Of a stretch of 64,000 nt of DNA, positions 37,759-47,785 are shown piece after piece. Origin of the DNA: Bdellovibrionota bacterium. GTDB taxonomy: Bacteria > Bdellovibrionota > UBA1018 > CAIPTA01 > JAALKR01. Position numbers and translations under genes: made by a program. The DNA lies in contig CBDBMJ010000003.1 in NCBI GenBank assembly GCA_965207455.1, positions 32,001 to 96,000 of the forward strand. The letters run 5' to 3'. Each line of letters opens with the position of its first letter. Positions within the stretch are counted from its first letter, which is position 1. The notes under the pieces were generated by a model. It worked only from the letters and a program-made list of their open reading frames with translations, made no database searches and was not told the origin of the DNA.

Positions 37759-38436
37759 TTAGCTGCCGGTTGCATTTTTTGATGAGCAATCATCAGCATC
37801 AGTTGATGCGAAAGGCACTTTATAGTCTAGACGTTGATCTAGGATAATAGCGATGTCATCTCTTATTGCTCTATCAAGGAGGTTCTCTAATTTTAGAAGT
37901 TGCATAGCCAATTGAATAGCTTTTTCTTCTGCATATGCAAATTTTCTTTCTGCATCTAGATCTTCTTCCGCACTTATAGCATCGTTTATATCCTTTTTTT
38001 CAGCTTCTACTTTTGTACTTACTTGAAGCTCTATTTCATCACCCAGCATTTCAAAATACGTTTTATTTATACTACCTTTAGTAAATCCATGAAAAATGCA
38101 TCTCGATATTCCTATTTCGATTCCTTCATTACGATCAACTGGTATGCTTCTATTGTTCAAATAACGATAGTCCGCACCCATTATCCGAATATCGTTTATT
38201 TCTTCTTCCTTGCACCTAGTATAATTTTTAGAAATATAAGATGAGAGATGAGACTTTATTTCTTTATTTTTAGAATCAAGTTCCACTTGATATTCCACAA
38301 TCACTTCATTTAAAACCGCGGTCCTCTGCTTAGAGTTCTTTGACAAATCATCATCAGAATATCCAATTGTTGGTAAGGCTATGGCAAGTACCATTGCTGT
38401 TATCGCTATTATATTTTTATTGCTTGTTTTCATCAT
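37759..38436 (-). CDS. secreted helical protein, paralog B
   Basis: Signal peptide ...LPTIGYS; shares KSH..YIS.NY.RC, CIF.G.TKG, DEI..QVST.VE; identical C-terminus. Confidence 0.85.
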   Translation of the reverse strand: MMKTSNKNIIAITAMVLAIALPTIGYSDDDLSKNSKQRTAVLNEVIVEYQVELDSKNKEIKSHLSSYISKNYTRCKEEEINDIRIMGADYRYLNNRSIPVDRNEGIEIGISRCIFHGFTKGSINKTYFEMLGDEIELQVSTKVEAEKKDINDAISAEEDLDAERKFAYAEEKAIQLAMQLLKLENLLDRAIRDDIAIILDQRLDYKVPFASTDADDCSSKNATGS

Positions 38437-38476
38437 TATTCTTATCTCCTTTATTCATGTTAGTTATATTTGTTAA

Positions 38477-38492
38477 TGCAAGGGACGTGCCA
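38477..38492 (-). promoter_or_regulatory. sigma54 -24/-12 promoter
   Basis: TGGCACGTCCCTTGCA, identical to 3076 and 4656; flanks to ~38635 align with 3064-3238. Confidence 0.85.
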
Positions 38493-38645
38493 GAATAGCT
38501 TTAAAAGGGTATAATTTAAAAAAGCTTTATTTTCAGTCGCTTAGCCGTTAATCTTATGCCTGCTGATACAAAGGCTACAAGAAATCAAGCCCTGGATTGA
38601 CTAAAAAATAAACAATGTCGAGGAATTTTACAGTAACCAGTAAAT

Positions 38646-39749
38646 TTATGTGTTTGGTTGAAGAGTGAGTACTTCTGCTTCTATCCAGGAGCCTGCCCCT
38701 GTTTGGGTTATGAGTCGGGGGTTGTGGAGTTGAAACATGGTGGGTTCTTCGGCAAAGGCAAGAGGGTATTCCGTTATGGTCACTAGGGCTTTGGTGAGTT
38801 TATAGGAAGGAGGCAAAAATCCTCCGATGGTGTCCACCAATCGGGACTGCACACAACGCTTCCAAAGGGCAGGGCCTCTGTGAATAGCTGTTAAATAAAA
38901 TCCAAAATTTCGCAGTTGACGAAGAATGGGTGCTACATCCATATAATTCTCTTTGATTGGGATTTGAACCACATGTATGCCAGCATTGATCATTTGCTTG
39001 CGCTTTTCTTCTTGGGCGGGAGCGTCCCCGATAAATACAATGGTTTTTTCCTCTCTATTTTGCACCAAGTGGGATTCCATCGGTATGGCCCCAAAGGGGT
39101 CCAGCACACATACCCAGTCTTGGAGGGAAACAATACTATCTTCCCGATAGGCTGCTTCCACGTCGAAAAGAAGAATGTCGTAGAAAAATGGAGTGCTCTT
39201 ATTGTGCACACTCACCCGTACTATCTTTTTCTCATCGTCTATCTTTAAATCCCAAATTAGTTTTATTTGTGGGAGAAAGCGGTTGATGGATTTTTTGTAA
39301 TCTTCATACAAGAGTTGGCAAAGGTGAGCTTCCTCTCCGTCGGCAATAATTACCTCTAAACCGTATTGCTCTAAACTTTGTATACCCTTGCCGCTAATAC
39401 TTTGTGTGGGATGGAGAGTACCAATTAACACTCTGGGAATGCCCATGTTTCGTATGCTTTCCGTTACTGGAGGAATGCGCTGGTAGGTGGGGTTGGGCTC
39501 CAAACTTAAGTATAGGGAAAGCTCCTCTGGCCTGGAGTGATCGTCGATGGTGTTCCACGCTTGGACCACACCATCTTCCTTGTCGCCCGGTTGAAAAACC
39601 GCTTTAGCCAGCACAGTACTTCCTCTGGCAATAATTGCGGACCAGGTGCTCTCCAAGGGTTGACCTATTTTTACTGGCGGTCGTCGACCCTCCAAAACCA
39701 ACTTATGGGTTTGGAGTAACATCTTTCTATCTAAATTCTCAAAGGTCAT
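38646..39749 (-). CDS. RibD-like deaminase/reductase-fold protein, degenerate
   Basis: LYLSLEP....RIPP....IRNMGIPRVLIGTLHP...SGKGI..L...G matches the RibD layout but zinc ligands are missing. Confidence 0.75.
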   Translation of the reverse strand: MTFENLDRKMLLQTHKLVLEGRRPPVKIGQPLESTWSAIIARGSTVLAKAVFQPGDKEDGVVQAWNTIDDHSRPEELSLYLSLEPNPTYQRIPPVTESIRNMGIPRVLIGTLHPTQSISGKGIQSLEQYGLEVIIADGEEAHLCQLLYEDYKKSINRFLPQIKLIWDLKIDDEKKIVRVSVHNKSTPFFYDILLFDVEAAYREDSIVSLQDWVCVLDPFGAIPMESHLVQNREEKTIVFIGDAPAQEEKRKQMINAGIHVVQIPIKENYMDVAPILRQLRNFGFYLTAIHRGPALWKRCVQSRLVDTIGGFLPPSYKLTKALVTITEYPLAFAEEPTMFQLHNPRLITQTGAGSWIEAEVLTLQPNT

Positions 39750-39768
39750 GGGATTAGGAAATCATTCC

Positions 39769-40833
39769 TTAAGCAGGCTCTTCCACAAGAGCGCGCATTT
39801 CCTGTTCCACATGGTATGTCTGTGGTTGGGTGGCATCCTCTAAAATCGGAGATATGCCAACTCCCGGAATATGCTTTCCTGCAATCATGCGAGGGCGCAC
39901 TTGAAGAGAATAAAAAAGTTCGTCACATACCCTGCGAATAAGATGCTCAGAAAAATTGCACACCTCAGTGTCCTCGTTGATACAAATAAAGCGCCCTGTT
40001 TTTTTTACGGATTTGCGAATCGACTCCCAGTCGTAGGGATAAATAGTTCGTAGATCAATAACCTCGTAATGAATACCCTCTTGAGCCAATTTTTTTGCTA
40101 TCCCCTCCACTATGGGCATGAGCCTTCCCCAAGCCACCACTGTGGCCCTGTCTCCCTCTTGGCAGGTTCGTGCCTTACCAATGGAAATATTGGGATCCGA
40201 AAGCCCTTGGGGCCAACGGGGCTTCCAATTCATTTTCTTTTTTTCGTTCACAGGCATATCGATCATGTCGCGAAGTTGCTTTTCATCATCAGGCTCACCC
40301 GGTATTTTCTTCTCCCCCTTACTCCGCAAAAGCGCCTTGGGCTTTAAGTACATAACAGGGTTGGGATCTTTAATGGCCGCTAACATTAAGCCGTAAGCAT
40401 CGTAAGCGTTGGAGGGCATAACCGTCTTCCAACCAGGGATCTGTACCATTTTAGAATCAAAGGAATGGGAATGATAAATAGAACCGTGAATACCACTTCC
40501 AACGGGAGTCATCACCACAATGGGGCAAGTATAGTCGCCATTACTGGCCCAACAAGCATTGCCCGCAAGTTTTAATAGGTCGATGGTATTAAAAATATAA
40601 TCACAGAACTGAATTTCTGCCACACAACGGCTTCCTGCATAGCCCAGACCAGTGGCCATGCCAATCACACCTCGCTCGTCCAAAGGACTGTTCCAACTTG
40701 TCTCCAACCCTTGGGTGGCTGTAAATACTCCACCTAGTGGAGGACCCACGTCTTCCCCAAAAACGTCCTTTAAATCCAAGTTTTTTTCTCCGTACGCCAA
40801 CGCCATTCGGATTGCCTGTGCAATAGTCGCCAT
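39769..40833 (-). CDS. 2-oxoacid dehydrogenase E1 beta subunit
   Basis: GEDV...GGVFTAT, AEIQFCDY, YHSHS, EVIDLRT. Confidence 0.92.
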   Translation of the reverse strand: MATIAQAIRMALAYGEKNLDLKDVFGEDVGPPLGGVFTATQGLETSWNSPLDERGVIGMATGLGYAGSRCVAEIQFCDYIFNTIDLLKLAGNACWASNGDYTCPIVVMTPVGSGIHGSIYHSHSFDSKMVQIPGWKTVMPSNAYDAYGLMLAAIKDPNPVMYLKPKALLRSKGEKKIPGEPDDEKQLRDMIDMPVNEKKKMNWKPRWPQGLSDPNISIGKARTCQEGDRATVVAWGRLMPIVEGIAKKLAQEGIHYEVIDLRTIYPYDWESIRKSVKKTGRFICINEDTEVCNFSEHLIRRVCDELFYSLQVRPRMIAGKHIPGVGISPILEDATQPQTYHVEQEMRALVEEPA

Positions 40834-40836
40834 AAA

Positions 40837-41931
40837 TTAACCCCTTCGTTTATTCTTCCATTGCTCTTTGGCAAGTTTTATAAAGTCCACACCAATGGAC
40901 TCAGCTAAGGTGTCCCTACCTCGATCATTATTCTCTTGAGCATAGACATGATCGAAAATACTCTCAGGTGTGGGATGCGTTTCTTGTCGTACTTTTTTCC
41001 AACTCTCACTAATTTCCTTCGTCCATTTTTCCCAAACCTTTTTCGCGTCCTGAGAGGAAAGTATGCTCTGCTTTTTTAATTCCTTTTCAAACCCCTCAAT
41101 AGGACAAGGGTCTGTGGTTCGGTTAGCACCACTAGCAGACGAATGACCATAAAGACGACTCACACAAAACTCCAAAAGATAGGGCTTGCGCTCCTTGCGC
41201 ACATATTCCATGGCCTGGCTTAAAGCACCCCAAGCCTCCCATACATTGTTTCCGTCGACAGTGAGGGAAGGAATTCCAAAGGCTTTTCCCCGGTCGGAAA
41301 TTTTTCTCTCTCCGTGTTGACCGTCGTAAGTGGTGGAAATACCCCAACGGTTATTATTCACAATTATAAGTAGAGGCAAAGGAGCCGCTGGTCGACTCGC
41401 CCAAATAAGAGCACTGGCAAAATCACCCTCAGCTGTGCCCGCATCTCCCCCATTGGCAATGGTAATACCCCTACTTCCCCTCTGAGCATGAGCCGTTCCA
41501 ATAGCCTGGGTATATTGGGGCTCAATACAAGAAGAGATGGGAGGAATATTCCACTCCCGCTTGCTATAATGATTTACAAAGTTTCGACCCCCAGAATAGG
41601 GATCCGTGGAAACACAGGCCATTTGGCGAATAGTGTCTGCTGGGTCCGCTCCCATTGCCATTAAAATACCGCTGGATCGATAGTGCAGATGAAGGAAATC
41701 ATGATCCAGACCAGAACCCTTATCGAGTAAAAGCCCAAGGGGAATGGAACTTGCCTCTTCTCCCGGCCCCCCAATCCAAAAAAATCCCTCGCCTGATTTC
41801 CCCATAAGAATGATGCGCTCTTCCAATACCCTGGTCTTTACCATGAGGCTGTGAATTTGTAGCAAGGTTTTTGGGGGTATGGCTGACTGAACTGATCGCA
41901 CAGCCGCTGGAGAAAGTACTTTTCTGGTCAT
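40837..41931 (-). CDS. 2-oxoacid dehydrogenase E1 alpha subunit
   Basis: TPP motif GDAGTAEGDF...NNRWGIS, RLYGHSS. Confidence 0.92.
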   Translation of the reverse strand: MTRKVLSPAAVRSVQSAIPPKTLLQIHSLMVKTRVLEERIILMGKSGEGFFWIGGPGEEASSIPLGLLLDKGSGLDHDFLHLHYRSSGILMAMGADPADTIRQMACVSTDPYSGGRNFVNHYSKREWNIPPISSCIEPQYTQAIGTAHAQRGSRGITIANGGDAGTAEGDFASALIWASRPAAPLPLLIIVNNNRWGISTTYDGQHGERKISDRGKAFGIPSLTVDGNNVWEAWGALSQAMEYVRKERKPYLLEFCVSRLYGHSSASGANRTTDPCPIEGFEKELKKQSILSSQDAKKVWEKWTKEISESWKKVRQETHPTPESIFDHVYAQENNDRGRDTLAESIGVDFIKLAKEQWKNKRRG

Positions 41932-42056
41932 AGGTTTGCCCTCATAATAACTTTGTTCCCATAATAACTTTGCCCCCTCCAGCTATTGGCAGTAGACTCT
42001 ATTAGATGCACTTCTATGAAGTGTGACTAGTCGAGTCTAGGAGTAAAAAGGATATC

Positions 42057-42992
42057 ATGAAGTGGAAATTTCCTCCAGCTTTAGCGTCGGATCAAGCAAT
42101 CGGGGTGGTGGCACCCTCGAGCTTTGTGGATAATACATTCTTGCAATCAGGGCAAAAAAAATGCAGTCAGCTGGGCTTAAAACTCCACTATGACGAATCC
42201 ATATTGCAGAAAAAATTGTTCTTCGCAGGCGAAGACTCTCAAAGGGCAGAGAATTTTATTGCTGCCCATACTAGCGAGACCAATAATATGCTTTGGTGTG
42301 CACGAGGAGGCTACGGGGCTGCTCGTATTCTTCCCCTATTGGAGGAAAAAAAATTCCATACAACACTCCAAGAAAATCCAAAACTCCTTATTGGTTACTC
42401 GGACTCCACAGCTCTCTTTACCTATTACCTACAAAGGGGAGGAGTTTCCTGTTTACACGCTCCCTTAATGGCAGCTCCCAGTTGGTTAGATACGACAGAA
42501 AAAGATTCTACCGACTTTCTCAATATCCTTCATGGAACCACAGGTCTGGGCAAAGCCTCCCATACCGCAAAATGGAATACCCTTTTTTTAGGAAACCGTG
42601 GGACAGCTGAAGGAATTCTCATGGGAGGAAATATTAGCGTGCTATGTTCTTTAGTGGGTACGCCTTGGCAGCCCAAGTTTCAAGGAGGGATTGTGCTACT
42701 GGAAGATTGTAACGAACCCCCTTACCGGCTTCACCGTATGCTTACCCAATTGGATCAGGCCGGTTGTTTCGACGGAATACGAGGAGTAATTCTCGGCGAC
42801 TGCACCCACGGAGTGCCCAAAGGCACTACCTGGGAAACGGTCTTTTCCGACATACTCGTTCCCAAATGTCTCGTGCTTCATGGTGCTCCCGTGGGACACA
42901 GCAAGCGCAACAGCCCTCTCCCACTAGGGGTGCGAGCTAGAATCAACTCCCAAGGAAAACTGGAGTTATTGGAGCAGGTGGTAGGGCTCTAG
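42057..42992 (+). CDS. ldcA: LD-carboxypeptidase (S66)
   Basis: ARGGYG, IGYSD, LED, VGH triad motifs. Confidence 0.9.
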   Translation: MKWKFPPALASDQAIGVVAPSSFVDNTFLQSGQKKCSQLGLKLHYDESILQKKLFFAGEDSQRAENFIAAHTSETNNMLWCARGGYGAARILPLLEEKKFHTTLQENPKLLIGYSDSTALFTYYLQRGGVSCLHAPLMAAPSWLDTTEKDSTDFLNILHGTTGLGKASHTAKWNTLFLGNRGTAEGILMGGNISVLCSLVGTPWQPKFQGGIVLLEDCNEPPYRLHRMLTQLDQAGCFDGIRGVILGDCTHGVPKGTTWETVFSDILVPKCLVLHGAPVGHSKRNSPLPLGVRARINSQGKLELLEQVVGL

Positions 42993-43000
42993 GATTATTA
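42956..43000. repeat. imperfect direct repeat flanking the AbiE module (second copy 44412-44450)
   Basis: aaaactggagttattgg...gtagg(g/a)ctctaggattatta. Confidence 0.85.
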
Positions 43001-43757
43001 AGAGACCCAAAATTTCTGTAATTCATCAATAAAGCTCTGGTAAGCCTCTTCAAAGCTAGGTGCTTCTTTGATTCCTGAAACAGCACTTGACCAACCGATC
43101 TTCAGAAGGCTCAAATCTATGGTTTTTAAATGCTGGATAAGATCTTTAGGAATAACTGTTTCTCGATAATTGAAACAAGCTTCAAGAGAACGAAATAAAT
43201 TGTTTTTTTCAGCTCTTGGAAGAAAGTAGGATAAGTCAAATATATCCTTTGAGCGTGAATTGTACTTTCCAAGATCCACTAGTGCATGAATTTTTTCTGC
43301 AATCATTGTTTCTATAGGATAAACAAACCAAGTCAGTTCATTTTCTCCAATCAGCTCTGGTGTTTTAATTTGAAGAGGAGAAGGAACAATAGGATCACCA
43401 ATTCCTAGGTCAAATTGAATAATCTGGAACTTTTTTATATTTTTAGGTATCTCGCCAATCCCAGCACGAAATACTTGTCGAACTCCACCATACTCGCCCT
43501 GAGTTTTAAGATCTATTTCTTTTTCAAACCTAAACCAAACAGCATCATTAAAAGTTTTTTCTACGACTACCTTAACAGCATCAAGATCAATTGTATACCT
43601 GCTGGATTTATAAATACGTAGTCCCACATAGCCACCCTTGAAAACAAGAGATTTGTAGAGTGTTGCATTTGATGTAATTCTGACAACTAAGATTATTTTT
43701 TTTAGCCCAATTTGAAAGCTTCTGTTTTATCGAGATGCTCTGATTCTTTATACTCAT
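42998..43757 (-). pseudogene. AbiEii nucleotidyltransferase toxin, frameshifted
   Basis: ATG at 43757 gives MSIKNQSISIKQKLSNWAKKNNL, then the frame changes to LVVRITSN...LVFKGG...RYTIDLD...AEKIHA...RSKDIFD. Confidence 0.85.
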
Positions 43758-44320
43758 AAAATGATGGCCTCCCAATATTTATCAAAGGTTTTTTTTAGGT
43801 TTAGTGCAGTTGCCATTTTTCCAAGTTTCGTTTCTGTAGTAAGGTCATCTTTAAGAGCACGTCTTGTTGCATTTATCGCAATTCTAAGACCGAGTTTCGT
43901 TGCAAATTTTAGTGATTCAATAAGTGTGCGCTCAATATTTGTGATTTTAAAGCATCCTCGATCTTCGATTCCTTTAGTAAAAGGTGTGCTTGTTCTAAGA
44001 CATTTATATTTTTTGCGTTCATTTTTTTTTGCTTGAGGTACGATAAGCCAAACTTGCTGAGGAGCCTGATCAATGAGTCCGTAATGAAAAAGAGCAGAGA
44101 GCCCACTTACGGCAGCATCTGGTCCAAAATACTTGTATGCCATAGCAAAATCCAGCTCTTCTGGATCAATGGAAGACTTTGGATGCATATAAAGACCACG
44201 ATCAATTCGTAGGAGCTTTTCCTGCTTCACCCACCTTGAAAGCGTGTGTCGCCCAATGCCCGCGCTGCTTTGAGCTTCTTTCGCATTGAATATTCCAAGT
44301 TTTTTTAGTTTGCTAGGCAT
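43754..44320 (-). CDS. AbiEi type IV antitoxin
   Basis: wHTH LLRIDRGLY, SALFHYGL, ITNIERTL. Confidence 0.9.
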   Translation of the reverse strand: MPSKLKKLGIFNAKEAQSSAGIGRHTLSRWVKQEKLLRIDRGLYMHPKSSIDPEELDFAMAYKYFGPDAAVSGLSALFHYGLIDQAPQQVWLIVPQAKKNERKKYKCLRTSTPFTKGIEDRGCFKITNIERTLIESLKFATKLGLRIAINATRRALKDDLTTETKLGKMATALNLKKTFDKYWEAIIL

Positions 44321-44330
44321 CTTATTCTAT

Positions 44331-44380
44331 TATGCACCAAATCCGACATTTTTCAACAAAAATGTCGGATTTGGTGCATA
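44331..44380. promoter_or_regulatory. AbiEi operator, 23-bp perfect inverted repeat
   Basis: tatgcaccaaatccgacattttt-caac-aaaaatgtcggatttggtgcata just upstream of abiEi. Confidence 0.85.
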
Positions 44381-44447
44381 TACGATAGCAGCCATGGAGC
44401 ATAAGTACCTAAAAACTGGAGTTATTGGGGGTAGGACTCTAGGATTA

Positions 44448-45200
44448 TTAGGGTAGGGGCCACAAGCGAAACACGCTTTCTGTTTTCGATATCCACTCCC
44501 CCCGTTCAAAGGGTGTTTTCACGGTATAAGGTGATTTAGCAAAACGGAAAAGCAGGGGCGGGTAGGTTTTATCTTCTTTTTGCCACTGGGGATTTTGTCT
44601 TCCTTTTGCGTGACGAAAGTTTAAGAAGTCGAAGTGTATGTACACCTCCTTTGTGTTTCCAGAGGCAAGAACTCGCCCATCTGGAGTAAGTCGCTTGGAG
44701 TAATCTATTGACGGCAGGCCCATTCGATTCATGGTAATTTCGTCTTTAATCTGAGTATATTCACAGAGATTTATATTTTCTTTTTGGGTAATATGAACAC
44801 GTCCGTGGCTCACGCCCCCATCCTTTCGTCGACCAAATACTTCAAAAGATTTTCTATTACTCAGTTTCTTTCCCTCCTTTCCCCAAAGTTCGTAAAGAAA
44901 AACCATGGACTCTTCTGGAAATAAACCGCAAGAAGGAATTTTATATACTTTCAGAAGTTTCCTGCCACCAAGGAAGCTTACTTCTATTTTCTCTTCTGTA
45001 TGGCGCTCGTCGGTTGCAGCTAGGCTATCGCTTAAGGTATTTAGAGTGCCCTTCCAAGTGCCCTCTAGTTTTTCAAAAGAGAAGCTCTTCCAACTTTGGT
45101 TCATTTTGGTACACTCAAAGCATAAAGAATTTAGTCTTTGCCCCGCACAGCCACTCAAAAATAAACCCAATACGCCAATAGAAAAAAGTAAACGCACCAT
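44448..45200 (-). CDS. hypothetical lipoprotein
   Basis: LSGC lipobox. Confidence 0.75.
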   Translation of the reverse strand: MVRLLFSIGVLGLFLSGCAGQRLNSLCFECTKMNQSWKSFSFEKLEGTWKGTLNTLSDSLAATDERHTEEKIEVSFLGGRKLLKVYKIPSCGLFPEESMVFLYELWGKEGKKLSNRKSFEVFGRRKDGGVSHGRVHITQKENINLCEYTQIKDEITMNRMGLPSIDYSKRLTPDGRVLASGNTKEVYIHFDFLNFRHAKGRQNPQWQKEDKTYPPLLFRFAKSPYTVKTPFERGEWISKTESVFRLWPLP

Positions 45201-45288
45201 TTTTTATGCCTCCTTATAGAAGACATATCGGCAGCAGTTATTTTTACTTGAGCACTATTTATCACCGTCAAAGAATTGACAATTTATT

Positions 45289-46509
45289 TCATGAATACAT
45301 TTTTTTTGCTTTTTTTAACTCTGCATGTTCGAACGCTGAGGCCATGCGATCGATTTCTTTTTTACTTAAGCCAAATTGTTGGGCAATATCGCGCCAGCTA
45401 GAAACAGCCGTTGCCACCTGCTTCACAATCTTATACGCTTGATTTTTTTCTAGTCTAAATTCGTCAATAACAGATAGAGCTGTATCAATAGAGGCTGTTG
45501 AGTCATTGAAGCTAATTGAAGTTGAAAGGATACGGTCCTTTATGTCGATGGGATTTGGGTTTATATCGTAAGCAGGTGAGAGGCGCCAGCCTTTATGTCG
45601 TTCATATAAAAAACCATGGTTTCGCAAATGATCGTCGGTATTAGAAATAAGTACGGTGAAGACAATCCTGCGCCAAAGTTCTGCCATATCTTGATCGGGT
45701 TTTTCACCATACTGTATAAGGGCATGGGCGATCTCAAGATAGCTGCGCCTATCATTATCTTTTGCACCAAGCATACTCATGGCAGAGAGGAATGGAATGC
45801 GTTTATTACCTATTCGATCAAAGCGCTGTATAATGAGAACAGGTTTTTTCTGGATATTTTCTAAGCGCACTTCAGGGATCTGTAGACCAGCTTTTTGTGC
45901 CAGTTTAAGAGCCACAGCTTCCCATACAACAACATTATATTCATCATCTTTTTTAGGAAATTTAGCAATAGCGAGACGACCATTTTTATCATACACAGAT
46001 ACCTTTGGTCTTGCACCACCAAGAGAAGAGCCTGGAGCAAGAAGTATTTTTAAATCATCCTCTGTTTCATTATCATTTAAGAAATTCTCGGAGGCAGACA
46101 AAAGCCTTGGTAAATCAATAAGTGGTGGAATGCTTGTTCTGTTTTTTCGAGTTAAGTATGGTCCTTGGGATTGCAGGGAAAAGCGCAGCGCGCCCTGACG
46201 TGATTCATCGTTGACGGCAAGGAGATAATCTATTTCTAAAAGAGGTTTCATGGCTTGCCCTTTCCTTTTTGCACGCATACTTTCAAAGCGCTGAATGAGA
46301 ATATGTCCCCAGCGATCTGGAGCAGAGTCTCCAATTGCGCCAAATAAAGCCTGACCGGGGCATGTATAAAAAGCACCCTCGGTGAGTTGCAAGGCCGGAT
46401 CAATGGCAAATCTTTCGCGATTCTTGCGCTGGTGACACCATAATTTACCCACTTGCTGGCGCTCATCACCAAGTTGGATAGAAACATAAATTTGCTTACT
46501 ATTTGCCAT
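45289..46509 (-). CDS. hipA: HipA-family kinase toxin
   Basis: SLGGARPK, NTDDHLRNHGF, LSPAYD; start moved to MANSKQ. Confidence 0.9.
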   Translation of the reverse strand: MANSKQIYVSIQLGDERQQVGKLWCHQRKNRERFAIDPALQLTEGAFYTCPGQALFGAIGDSAPDRWGHILIQRFESMRAKRKGQAMKPLLEIDYLLAVNDESRQGALRFSLQSQGPYLTRKNRTSIPPLIDLPRLLSASENFLNDNETEDDLKILLAPGSSLGGARPKVSVYDKNGRLAIAKFPKKDDEYNVVVWEAVALKLAQKAGLQIPEVRLENIQKKPVLIIQRFDRIGNKRIPFLSAMSMLGAKDNDRRSYLEIAHALIQYGEKPDQDMAELWRRIVFTVLISNTDDHLRNHGFLYERHKGWRLSPAYDINPNPIDIKDRILSTSISFNDSTASIDTALSVIDEFRLEKNQAYKIVKQVATAVSSWRDIAQQFGLSKKEIDRMASAFEHAELKKAKKMYS

Positions 46510-46834
46510 TGTTCTCTCGATTGATCCGAGGAAACCGAATGCGTTTTGGCAGGTTTTCTGTTTCCAGATCCAGTCCAATAATATCGCGGTGTGGGCCGGC
46601 TATATTCTGCAAGTGATCAGTCATGCCTAGTACGAATAGAGCACAGGCATATGATCCCATTGAAACAGAGGGCTCACCTCTTTCAATTTTGCCTAAAGTT
46701 ATAACTGAAAAGCCTGCACGTTCAGCCATAATTTTTGTGGGGATACGCCGTCGTCGTCGAGCGACAGAGATATTTTCACCAAGCTCACGCATGGCTCTTT
46801 TTGCAGGAATGGGTAATCGTGGTTTACGTTTCAT
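46499..46834 (-). CDS. Xre HTH antitoxin (HipB-like)
   Basis: ARRRRR..MAERAG.S..TL.KIERGEPSV. Confidence 0.88.
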   Translation of the reverse strand: MKRKPRLPIPAKRAMRELGENISVARRRRRIPTKIMAERAGFSVITLGKIERGEPSVSMGSYACALFVLGMTDHLQNIAGPHRDIIGLDLETENLPKRIRFPRINRENNGK

Positions 46835-46844
46835 CTGTTCACCT

Positions 46845-46899
46845 TAATATATCTTATAATATATACTATAGTATTTAAGAATAATTATAAGATATATTA
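46845..46899. promoter_or_regulatory. 16-bp inverted repeat, probable autoregulatory operator
   Basis: taatatatcttataat-N23-attataagatatatta. Confidence 0.7.
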
Positions 46900-47092
46900 T
46901 ACTCCCTTGCTGTTCAGAGACTCTTTAAATTATGGTGAAGCCTCCACTGAGCACTTAAGCAATAAAAAATATGCTTAACTGTCAAAACTACTATAAGCAT
47001 ATGTTATTTAAGGCTATTTTTTATGTATTTAAGGGAGCGACCTCAATCCTACTGCCCACATCACTCTGCAAAATAACGAATTCCAGCTAAAT

Positions 47093-47752
47093 CTATTCAG
47101 CAGGTTGGTGTCGAATAATAGTACCGTCGATCATGTAAATTACATCTTCCGCAATATTGACTGCATAATCACCAATATGCTCCAAGTGACGAGAGACGGA
47201 TAAATAATGGATAAGAACCTCCACGTTATTTGGATCCTTGCGAATGCAATCATAGACTTGGCGATAGGTCTGCCTATTGATTGCATCCAGCTCATCATCG
47301 AGACCAACAGTTTCCCGTGCAAGCTCCCCATCCCTATCAATCATAGAGTCCAGTGCTCTTCGGAGGATGGTGCGCGCTTTTTTGGCCATCTCTTCAAAAT
47401 CAAATGGCGCTTCAATGGGATCCATCTTAGAAATAACTGCGGCTCGCCTTGAAATATTAACAGCCAAATCTCCCACTCTCTCTAAATCGTTATTAATTTT
47501 CAAGACACCGATCAAAAAACGCATATCTATGGCAACTGGCTGATGAAGAGCCAGCACTTTTAAGCATTCTTCTTCTAAAGCCACCTCAGCTAAATCCACC
47601 TCATGATCCAGCTCTTTAAGATGCTTAGCTAGTTTTTCATCTCGGTGCTTCAACGCTGTTATAGCTTTCCCTAGATTTCCTTCCACCATGGCACTTAATA
47701 AAAGTAATTTTCGTTTAATTGCATCTAATTCCCATTCTAATCGTTTAACCAT
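47093..47752 (-). CDS. phoU: phosphate signalling protein PhoU
   Basis: HQPVAIDMR, DLERVGD. Confidence 0.95.
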   Translation of the reverse strand: MVKRLEWELDAIKRKLLLLSAMVEGNLGKAITALKHRDEKLAKHLKELDHEVDLAEVALEEECLKVLALHQPVAIDMRFLIGVLKINNDLERVGDLAVNISRRAAVISKMDPIEAPFDFEEMAKKARTILRRALDSMIDRDGELARETVGLDDELDAINRQTYRQVYDCIRKDPNNVEVLIHYLSVSRHLEHIGDYAVNIAEDVIYMIDGTIIRHQPAE

Positions 47753-47785
47753 AATACCATTCCCTCTTTCTTATTATAATCCATA

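Noticed and set aside
41943..41972. cataataactttg direct repeat upstream of E1 alpha
   Set aside because: Two copies only; cannot distinguish an operator from a slippage duplication
45245..46990. Direct repeats flanking hipBA (tgagcact...gtcaaa)
   Set aside because: Match too short and gapped to support
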